Below, in pieces: positions 56,585-64,000 of a DNA stretch of 64,000 nt (position 1 is its first letter; each line of letters starts with the position of its first letter). The DNA comes from a virus (taxonomy: Duplodnaviria; Heunggongvirae; Uroviricota; Caudoviricetes): IMG/VR virus record IMGVR_UViG_3300028886_003642, one strand, 5' to 3'. The notes beneath the pieces were generated by a model that saw only the letters and a program-made list of their open reading frames with translations, searched no databases and was not told the origin of the DNA. The translations under genes and the position numbers were made by a program.

Positions 56585-56726
56585 GTAATCATCTCCTAGA
56601 AATCTATTTTAATAACAAACCAAAGAAGTCCATACTAAAATATAGCATAGACTTCTTTGACCAGCTTTCAAAATACCTATAATACTCATATCATATGTAC
56701 TTTGAAAACTTATCTACCTTATACTT

Positions 56727-56759
56727 ATATTATACCACATATTTCTGATTTTGTCAAAT
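56727..56759 (-). promoter_or_regulatory. sigma70-type promoter, repeat copy 3 (TTGACA-17-TGTGGTATAAT)
   Basis: Third copy of the ~45-bp repeat cttatattataccaca..tttt..caaatt(t)tgtcaaatttta. -10 at 56729-56734, -35 at 56752-56757. Confidence 0.55.
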
Positions 56760-56760
56760 T

Positions 56761-56946
56761 TTAAATAAAAGGCTGTTTTCCTTTCTTTTTTGCCTTTACT
56801 GATCTTTGACCTTCATTATATGCGAATTTTTCTATATATTCAACTAAATGTTTAATCTTGTGAAAATTATCATCAAAGCCTGTAAGCTTTTCTAATCTCC
56901 AAATTAATTCATCCCAACATTGCTCTGAACTTTTTAGTTTACTCAT
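56761..56946 (-). CDS. small hypothetical protein (61 aa)
   Basis: ORF driven by repeat copy 2. Confidence 0.4.
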   Translation of the reverse strand: MSKLKSSEQCWDELIWRLEKLTGFDDNFHKIKHLVEYIEKFAYNEGQRSVKAKKKGKQPFI

Positions 56947-56966
56947 CTTCTTTCTACCTTCTACTT

Positions 56967-56999
56967 ATATTATACCACACTTTTTCAAATTTGTCAAAT
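56967..56999 (-). promoter_or_regulatory. sigma70-type promoter, repeat copy 2
   Basis: -10 at 56969-56974 (TGTGGTATAAT on the minus strand), -35 TTGACA at 56992-56997. Confidence 0.55.
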
Positions 57000-57005
57000 T
57001 TTACA

Positions 57006-57158
57006 CATCTTTACCAACAATATATATCTCACCATCATATACTTCAAGATCATCTATGTCAGCAAGAATATAATTATTATTTGCTACTATCTTTAATTTA
57101 AGTTCATCTTCTGGCTCACAAAATGCCAACTTTTCCATTAGTTCTTCTACACTCATCT
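57006..57158 (-). CDS. small acidic protein (~50 aa), not in ORF track
   Basis: Manual translation MSVEELMEKLAFCEPEDELKLKIVANNNYILADIDDLEVYDGEIYIVGKDV with RBS GGTGAAAGAG. Confidence 0.35.
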
Positions 57159-57174
57159 CTTTCACCCTATACTT

Positions 57175-57207
57175 ATATTATACCACATTTTTCAAATTTT
57201 GTCAAAT
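57175..57207 (-). promoter_or_regulatory. sigma70-type promoter, repeat copy 1 (abuts the tape-measure stop codon)
   Basis: -10 at 57177-57182, -35 TTGACA at 57200-57205. Confidence 0.55.
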
Positions 57208-57208
57208 T

Positions 57209-60200
57209 TTAAAATCTACTTGTTACACTAGCATATCTTCTACTAAAGTCTAACATTATTCTTTGACCTTCTGGAGATCTTAATAACTGTTTCATACCTT
57301 CTTGCTCATCACGAACAAGTGCTACACTAATATTAGCTGTATTGCTTATATTATTACTAATATCTTTACCAAAATTACTTATTCCTCTTGCTGTTTGTTC
57401 TTGTGCTAGATCTGATACTAATCCACCTTGAGCATAATGTGGTATTCCAGATTTTATTTTAGTAAAATTACCACTATTAACTGCATTAAGGAAATTAGTA
57501 CCATACTTTTTAACAGAACTTGCTTTAATAACATATTCACCATTTGAAAGCATTGTAGGAATACTATCAGAAGTACTTGTACCTGGTCCACTTATATAGC
57601 CACCTTCAGCAAAACCACCCAATCTAAATGCAATATTTGATAGTGCTTGTGCAGCTGCTTTTGCTTGTATTTCTAATTGCATAAAAGCTGTCTGCAATCC
57701 TGTTGTCATAGTTGTAGCAGTAGTCTGTATTTCTGTAGCAGCTACAGCTACAGTTGTAGATGCTTGTTGCATAGCCTGACCTAACTGCTGAGTATCGGCT
57801 GGTGTAGTATTAACATCTGTAATATTCTGACTTAAATTACTAACATTCTGTGCTGTATCACTTAAAGAAGTAGAAAACGTACTTAAACCAGTATTTGATG
57901 TTTCTTGTAGTTTTTCATTAAACTGCTGTAAGCTACCTTGAGTTATATTTGCGCCATTAAAACTTATTGATTGTTGGCTATTAGAACCAAATTGCGAATT
58001 TGCTAATGCTGGTAACTCATAAGTCTGTTTCTGATACCCAAATGCAGGACTAGTTAATGTTGGCATTGGTGTTCCACTATAGCTTACTGCATTATTTGCT
58101 ACAGACAAACCACCATAACTACTAATAGCTTCTCCTTTAATAATATTTGCAGCATCTCTTAATGCTTGTGCAACACCTTGAGCACCCATCCTAATGTCAG
58201 CTTGTACTTCTGCTGATGTTCTACCAAAATCTGAATTATTTATATGTAAACTTTGAGGATTATCTATCTCATATCCACCAAACCATTTATCCATCATAGA
58301 CTTAACCATTCTCTCAGCAGAAAACTTTTGTATAGTCTTTAAGAAATTAATTGCAAGATTTCTTAAAGCTTCCCCAAGATTTTCTGCCTCGTTTATACCA
58401 TCTGTTAAGAATGTTACTAAACCATCTTCTAAGGCTTGCTTTGCAGTTACTCTTAAATCTCTCAAATAATTGGGGTATTGCTCAGCTATTAGTTTAGCTT
58501 TTTCTCGTGCCTGTGTAGCATCCCAAAGTTGTCGATCAATTATCAACAAAGCATCTGCACTTGCACCAGCTTTTTCAAGACCATCTTTAACTTTAGCTAA
58601 TCTAGAAATCTCAGAGTCCCAAAAATCAGCTTCAGCTTGCCCTTGCCAAGACTTTAATTGTCTTTCTCCATACTCTTTCTGTAATGTAGTATATTTATCA
58701 GAAGCTGTAAAAATGTCTAAAGCATTATCAAAAGGCTTTCTAATTGCTTCTAACCCTGAATTCATCATATCCTTAAAGTTATTCATTACCTTCTTAACTT
58801 CAGACATACTCTGCTGATATAGCTCATTCATACCATGTGCTAAATAAAATTTAGCCTCATTAGTTATCTTAGTAAGATATTTAAATACTCCCCAAATTCC
58901 ACCTTGAGTGCCACCACCATCACCTTTAGTGTTATAAAAATAATTAAAATAATTTTCAAGAACTCCATCGAACTCATCAAAAGAAATTTTGCCAGTACTT
59001 AAATTAAATAAATGACCTTCCCAATCTGACTGTATTTTAGATAAATTATAATCCATAGTTCTTTTAGCTACAGATATTGTAAGATCAGCAACTTTCTTCT
59101 GATAATCAACAGTTATTTCCTGAATATATTTATCCTTTATGTCTCCTTCTAAGCCTTGCACATCAACACTATTAAGCTTTTCTTTATATTCAGATTCTAA
59201 TTTTTTTAACTGAGCATCGATCTTATTTAACTGATAGGATTCTAAGGTTGCTGCTGAGTCTAGAACTTTCTTTCTTGCCTCATTTATTGCTTTTAAATAA
59301 GCAGAAGCAGTTTCACTTGTATTTGCTTGTGACATTCTTATAGGATTAACATTATAACCTCTCTTACCAGAAAAAGATGCTAAGTCACCATAACCAACAA
59401 TACCACTTTCTAAATCAGATATAGGCACAGTTACAACTTTACCCCTACCACTAGAAGCATGAGTAATAGTACCATCACCGTTGTAAATACCAGTATGTCC
59501 TATTTTTTGCCCTTCAACTACACCATAATCACCGCCAAAATACATAGAAACAAAATCTCCACGTTTTGGCTGATAACCAGATCCTTTTAAATGAAACGCT
59601 CCTACATCATTAAATTGTCTAGCTTGTTCATCAGCAGTTCTAACTATTTCAACACCCAATCCCTTGTATACTTCTTGAACAAATTTTGAACAGTCTATAC
59701 CTCTGCTAAGATCATTTCCTAAATAATATGGTGTACCAAGCCATTTATTTATTTCTGAAGTTAAAGCATCTCCTACACCAGAAACTACATTCCTAGCTGT
59801 ATTACTAGCATTAGCTAAATCCTGATTTACATATTTAATATTATCCTTTCTTGCTTGTGCCTGACCAACTTTATCAGCGGGACGTTCCACATATCTAGTC
59901 CACCCTTCTACGGCAGCTTCTATGGTTCTTCCATTATCATTATAATATTTCAATGCTTGAGCAAACGCACCACTTTCTGTAGTCCAAATTTCATGCAATA
60001 AATAAGCACTTTGCGTTAGTATATGATTAATATCACTAAAATTATCTTTAGCAAACTGCTTTAATCCATCCCAACGCTCATTGTGCCACTGAGCAATGCC
60101 AAAAGAAGTACCATTATCTCCAATAGTATTAGTATCTAGATATCTTCCAGACTCACCCATTAAAGATGCAATTATACCTCTAACCATGTTATCCTCAAGT

Positions 60201-63178
60201 CCACCTTGAGTTAATTGTCTATATACTATTTCAGTATTAGACATTCCACTAGTTGTTTGAGCATTTAATAGTAAATTATCCCTTCCCATCTGAGTTGCAA
60301 ATAAATTATCATGCATAGCTCCAACATCTGCAAACTTTTCCGCAGCTGCTTTTGTTATTGCAGCAACTTCTTGCTGTCCTCTAACTGCTTTATTAAGTTC
60401 TCTTGTATACTGACTTATCTCCCTATTTAACTTATGTAGTTCTTTACGCTGATCATCCTCATTTTTAAATGGGGTTTTTTCTATTTCAGCCTTTTCAGCT
60501 AAAGCCTCCTGTAATTTAGCTTCAGCTTCTTCTCTTTCTATTTGTGCTTTTTGAGTATAGTATTCCCTAATAGACATGAATCCTTCATCAAAAGCAATCT
60601 TATTTTTAGCAAGAGTTTCCTTCAAATTAGCTATATGATCTTTTAATTGCTCCTTTAATCCTTGAATATGAGCTTTCATAGCTTTTTGTGCTGCTTGTAT
60701 TGCTTTATTACGAGCTTTTTCATCTTCTTTATCCTGAGCAGTTCCTTTCATTCTTGGAACATCCCTACCTTTAGGAATATCCCTATTTCTCGCTCTATCT
60801 ATCAAATCAATTACTTTTTTAGTTAATTTTCCAGATTCACCCAGATAAGTATCAAATCCATTAGTTTTCTTGTTTCCAGTCCATCCAGTATCTATCGTAT
60901 TATTATACTGACCCTCTACATCAGAAAACGCATAAAAAGCATTTTTTGATTCACTTAAAAATGTCTTTGAAGCTTCAGCATATTCATTAGCCTTAGACTC
61001 ATTACCAAGTTTAGCATTAACCCAACCAAGAAAAGCTTGTGTTAGCCCAATAAACCCTTTGACTAAACCCTCAATCAAACTTACTCCTGATTTCATTACA
61101 GCCCATAACATCTTAAATATCTTTATAACACCTAAAAGTGTACCAATAAGCGTGGTTAATGCACCTATCATATCTTTTATGAAATTAACCATAGTCTCTA
61201 TTGGGTCGCTTCCACCAACAATGGACTGTATCATATTCAACAAAGCATCTGCACATGAAGTAGCATATACAACTATATCTAATAATCCATCAGCCAATTC
61301 TTTTAGCCAATCACTAAGATGAAAATTACCTTGTTCATCAAACTGACCTAACGACTTTGTAATAGTCTGAGCAGTTTCAACAATAAGTGGCCCATACTCA
61401 TCAACTATCGTCATTGCAGCAATGCCCCAAGTCTCTTGCAACTGTTCTATAGCACCAACAGGAGTATTAGCATATTCTTCCATTACCTTAGTATATTCTT
61501 GAAATTTCTTCATCAAATACTCATATAATGCATCAACATTACCCTTAAACTGAGCAAGATCTTGATTAGTAATGCCCAAAATATTTGCTACCTGTGATGT
61601 TCTAGCTGTAATACTACCTTGAGCTAAATCACGAGTTTCTTGTAGTACCTGATTAGGAGCCAATCTACCAGTCTTTGCTACACCAGCTACACCAAAAATA
61701 ACATCTTGGGCTTGTTTTGGAGTCATACCCTTATTTAAAAGCATTGGCAATACGCCTTGCTGTGCTGTAAGAATATCATTTAAGTTCAATACTGTTTTAG
61801 CAGCTTCCTGCATAGCTCTGCTAAATAAATACGCTGATTCAGCAGTAGCTTCTTCATTAGTTACTGCTCTACCATTAACAGTGGCTGAAGTCTTTAATGC
61901 TGCTTTTGTAGTTAGCATAGTTGTATCACGTTGAGCCATTAGTTCAAATCCAGGCTTTAATGCTGTTGCAACTAATTGTGCTATAGATCCAAGTGCCGAA
62001 GCCAAATTATTGATTGCACCTATCAGTAAATTACCCGCAACCAGCATACCGCCAATAGTAGCAGCTGCTATAGATGCTGTACCAGTAAGTTTACTTAAAG
62101 AACCCCCAGCAGCATTACCTTTAGCCAATACATCTGCCAAAGCCTCACCAAATGAACCAAGACCTTTTGAAGATCTACCGAGAAAATGAATAAACTGTGT
62201 AGCATCACTTGAATTATACCAACGATCACCGCCAACAGTTCCACTACTGCCTCCACCTCTAGATCCTCCACCACCAGATCTATTATTATACCTAGTATTA
62301 ACTCTAAGAGTCATCCTATTTATTCTACGTATCTGATTAGTAATAATGGCTAATCTTTTTTCTACAGCAAATAAATCAGACTGGTCTGCTTCAACTTTTA
62401 ATTTTGGTAAATCTTTTGCACCACTAGCTTCTATTTTTATCTTTGAATTTTGCTTAATAGACCTTAAATATAATTCCATATTCTTCAGTTTACCTAAAAT
62501 TGGATTTAGTCCACTTTCTGTAAACTGAATAGAATTGTTATTCTTTAAATTAGCTAATACATTAGATACTTGTCTAACCCTATCTAAAGAATTTTGTACA
62601 CTTTTTACAGTTATACCAAAAGTTATATCACTCTTTAATCCTGCAAGCTTAGACATATCTTTAGTAAATGTATTTATTCCTTTTAAGTCTGCATTATTTT
62701 TTACATTTATTGTAAAACTTACATTCTTAAGGTTATTTATGTCCTTTGATAAACCTGCTAATTGACTTTTAACTTGTGCAGTAGTAGCATTTAAACTTAT
62801 AGTGTGCTTGCCAGTAATAAAGTTTAAATCATTCCTTATTGACTGAAGTTGCGAAGATACTCCTTTTGCATCCAAAGATAAAGTTATTTTAGTAAAATCT
62901 TTAAATGATCTTAATGTACTTAATAATCTATCGGCTTTTGCTTGAGCGTCAGCAGTAGATAGTTTTACTACATTATCTTTATTAAATGTACGAGAAATGA
63001 AATCCCCTAAATTCTGAATAGACATTCTCGCACTTCTAGTTTGTGCTTTTACATCTATAGTTTTATTCTTAAATTCATTAAGCAGATTCTTTAATTCTTG
63101 CATACTTTGCTTTGCTTTATCTGCTTTAAGATTTATCTCACCATCTAACTGTAAAATGGTTTTTTCTTTCCCTGCCAC
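57209..63178 (-). CDS. tail tape measure protein (1989 aa) with embedded lysozyme-like/transglycosylase-like and NlpC/P60 peptidase domains
   Basis: Long coiled-coil N-terminal half. Hydrophobic Gly/Ala-rich segment GTASIAAATIGGMLVAGNLLIGAINNL. NlpC/P60 signature ...GIDCSKFVQEVY...IGHTGIY...THAS. Lysozyme-like ...SLMGESG...FGIAQWHNERW. Strong RBS GGGGGGAGGAG. Preceded by a chaperone gene that has a frameshift site. Confidence 0.8.
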   Translation of the reverse strand: MAGKEKTILQLDGEINLKADKAKQSMQELKNLLNEFKNKTIDVKAQTRSARMSIQNLGDFISRTFNKDNVVKLSTADAQAKADRLLSTLRSFKDFTKITLSLDAKGVSSQLQSIRNDLNFITGKHTISLNATTAQVKSQLAGLSKDINNLKNVSFTINVKNNADLKGINTFTKDMSKLAGLKSDITFGITVKSVQNSLDRVRQVSNVLANLKNNNSIQFTESGLNPILGKLKNMELYLRSIKQNSKIKIEASGAKDLPKLKVEADQSDLFAVEKRLAIITNQIRRINRMTLRVNTRYNNRSGGGGSRGGGSSGTVGGDRWYNSSDATQFIHFLGRSSKGLGSFGEALADVLAKGNAAGGSLSKLTGTASIAAATIGGMLVAGNLLIGAINNLASALGSIAQLVATALKPGFELMAQRDTTMLTTKAALKTSATVNGRAVTNEEATAESAYLFSRAMQEAAKTVLNLNDILTAQQGVLPMLLNKGMTPKQAQDVIFGVAGVAKTGRLAPNQVLQETRDLAQGSITARTSQVANILGITNQDLAQFKGNVDALYEYLMKKFQEYTKVMEEYANTPVGAIEQLQETWGIAAMTIVDEYGPLIVETAQTITKSLGQFDEQGNFHLSDWLKELADGLLDIVVYATSCADALLNMIQSIVGGSDPIETMVNFIKDMIGALTTLIGTLLGVIKIFKMLWAVMKSGVSLIEGLVKGFIGLTQAFLGWVNAKLGNESKANEYAEASKTFLSESKNAFYAFSDVEGQYNNTIDTGWTGNKKTNGFDTYLGESGKLTKKVIDLIDRARNRDIPKGRDVPRMKGTAQDKEDEKARNKAIQAAQKAMKAHIQGLKEQLKDHIANLKETLAKNKIAFDEGFMSIREYYTQKAQIEREEAEAKLQEALAEKAEIEKTPFKNEDDQRKELHKLNREISQYTRELNKAVRGQQEVAAITKAAAEKFADVGAMHDNLFATQMGRDNLLLNAQTTSGMSNTEIVYRQLTQGGLEDNMVRGIIASLMGESGRYLDTNTIGDNGTSFGIAQWHNERWDGLKQFAKDNFSDINHILTQSAYLLHEIWTTESGAFAQALKYYNDNGRTIEAAVEGWTRYVERPADKVGQAQARKDNIKYVNQDLANASNTARNVVSGVGDALTSEINKWLGTPYYLGNDLSRGIDCSKFVQEVYKGLGVEIVRTADEQARQFNDVGAFHLKGSGYQPKRGDFVSMYFGGDYGVVEGQKIGHTGIYNGDGTITHASSGRGKVVTVPISDLESGIVGYGDLASFSGKRGYNVNPIRMSQANTSETASAYLKAINEARKKVLDSAATLESYQLNKIDAQLKKLESEYKEKLNSVDVQGLEGDIKDKYIQEITVDYQKKVADLTISVAKRTMDYNLSKIQSDWEGHLFNLSTGKISFDEFDGVLENYFNYFYNTKGDGGGTQGGIWGVFKYLTKITNEAKFYLAHGMNELYQQSMSEVKKVMNNFKDMMNSGLEAIRKPFDNALDIFTASDKYTTLQKEYGERQLKSWQGQAEADFWDSEISRLAKVKDGLEKAGASADALLIIDRQLWDATQAREKAKLIAEQYPNYLRDLRVTAKQALEDGLVTFLTDGINEAENLGEALRNLAINFLKTIQKFSAERMVKSMMDKWFGGYEIDNPQSLHINNSDFGRTSAEVQADIRMGAQGVAQALRDAANIIKGEAISSYGGLSVANNAVSYSGTPMPTLTSPAFGYQKQTYELPALANSQFGSNSQQSISFNGANITQGSLQQFNEKLQETSNTGLSTFSTSLSDTAQNVSNLSQNITDVNTTPADTQQLGQAMQQASTTVAVAATEIQTTATTMTTGLQTAFMQLEIQAKAAAQALSNIAFRLGGFAEGGYISGPGTSTSDSIPTMLSNGEYVIKASSVKKYGTNFLNAVNSGNFTKIKSGIPHYAQGGLVSDLAQEQTARGISNFGKDISNNISNTANISVALVRDEQEGMKQLLRSPEGQRIMLDFSRRYASVTSRF

Positions 63179-63231
63179 ATCTCCTCCCCCCTATTTATAT
63201 ATAAAAAGCCTCACCATTATATAGGTAAGGC

Positions 63232-63950
63232 TTATTTTCTCATATCTTCAACTATTTTTTGTATTTTCTTTCCAGATCCTCCAAAAGCCATACCTATTCC
63301 TAATCCTACAGCGTCTATAAAATCTGCTGTATGCCTCATGTCTTGTTTAACACATTTTTCGTAAAACAATGTTATCTCTTCTCTCGAATATTCTCTAAGT
63401 ACCTTATTCTTATCGTGTCCGTGTTCTATTAAAACTTGCAGAACTTCATAGATACTTACTTCTTGCTGGTCTTTTTTGGCTTTTCCTCGTCCTTTTTCTC
63501 GACCAGATTTTGAGTCTTCTCCTTTAGCTTCTGCAAGAACTTCTTGAAAAAAGATTTATTCACCTCATAAATCTTAAATAATAGATCAATACCTTCTTCA
63601 GCACTAATAAGCTCTGCCTCGTCATAATCTAAATTAGTAGATTTTACAATAATATTCTGAATTAAATCAGCAGCATCTTCACCAACTAATCCTATAATTT
63701 CTACCATACCAATTAATCTGATAGCATTATCTGAGTTAATATCTCCAGAATTTACTGCAAGTTTACCAATAGCATTAGCAGCTACTTCACTGTTATTTAC
63801 AATAGCAGCTGCTAAACTACTCATTTGACTAGCAAGACGAATTGTATCTAACATTGCTAATTTATGTACAATTACCGTTTTACCATCTACTTTAATTTCC
63901 TGTTCTGACAATAATAGTTCCATTTCAGAAGTATTTTTTTCTTCACTCAT
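63232..63950 (-). CDS. tail assembly chaperone G and its -1 frameshift extension (GT-like fusion)
   Basis: 0-frame product is 164 aa (63456..63950). A slippery heptamer T_TTT_TTC (plus-strand gaaaaaa at 63546-63552) sits near its end. The -1 frame stays open for ~108 codons (FFQEVLAEAKGEDSKSGREKGRGKAKKDQQEV...IQKIVEDMRK) and ends at 63232-63234, just before the TMP RBS. Confidence 0.55.
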
Positions 63951-64000
63951 GTTTCATCCTCTCTCTTAAAAATAAAATTAAATCTTAATATCGACCTTAG
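63947..64000 (-). CDS. C-terminal fragment of upstream gene (probably a tail structural gene), runs off the window
   Basis: The only open frame ends ...LRSILRFNFIFKREDET with TGA overlapping the chaperone ATG (ATGA). Confidence 0.3.
   Translation of the reverse strand, partial: LRSILRFNFIFKREDET

Noticed and set aside
889-62765. All plus-strand ORFs in the track (e.g. 889..1146, 4376..4618, 7094..7399, 24785..25192, 30572..31021, 36739..37164, 58470..58817)
   Set aside because: Each lies entirely inside a longer, motif-supported minus-strand gene. They have low-complexity, Ile/Leu/Phe/Ser-rich translations typical of antisense frames in AT-rich DNA, and none has an RBS or promoter.
1-64000. 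CRISPR arrays, tRNA genes, integrase/attachment sites
   Set aside because: No regularly spaced direct repeats with unique spacers, no cloverleaf-capable GC-rich ~75-nt islands other than the ωRNA-like regions, and no tyrosine or serine recombinase ORF were found.

Overview
AT-rich (~30% GC) 64-kb stretch of a tailed phage or prophage, probably of an anaerobic, Fusobacterium-like host. The host inference rests on the anaerobic class III RNR genes nrdDG, a TPS/filamentous-hemagglutinin-type secreted protein and a lambda-like L/J tail tip. Every credible gene is on the minus strand; the + strand ORFs in the track look like antisense artefacts. Minus-strand gene order from high to low coordinate is as follows. 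A tail assembly chaperone with a G/GT -1 frameshift site. A 1989-aa tape measure protein carrying NlpC/P60 and lysozyme-like domains. Three tandem consensus-promoter/small-ORF repeats. Q/N/M-rich low-complexity proteins. A ~14-kb block of ten large uncharacterized proteins that includes paralog pairs and one PKD domain. gpL-like and gpJ-like tail-tip proteins. An array of fibre genes built from ~40-aa W..Y..GD..Y.C..HTS..F..W repeats (ChtBD3-like) plus LamG domains. A signal-peptide-bearing TPS-domain protein. An IscB nuclease with an upstream structured ωRNA-like region. A SNF2 helicase, an SPFH protein and a 3D-domain protein. A TnpB nuclease with a structured 3'-flank/ωRNA-like region. nrdD/nrdG, dUTPase, and a DnaC-like loader / DnaB-like helicase / DnaG-like primase module. 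Many operons begin with near-perfect sigma70-type promoters (TTGACA-17 bp-TGnTATAAT or TATACT) recognisable on the minus strand, and several of these sit inside terminator hairpins. The most unusual content is two OMEGA-type RNA-guided nuclease elements (IscB and TnpB) whose flanking hairpins share a CTATAG core, and the very large uncharacterized module inserted between the tape measure and the L/J tail tip.
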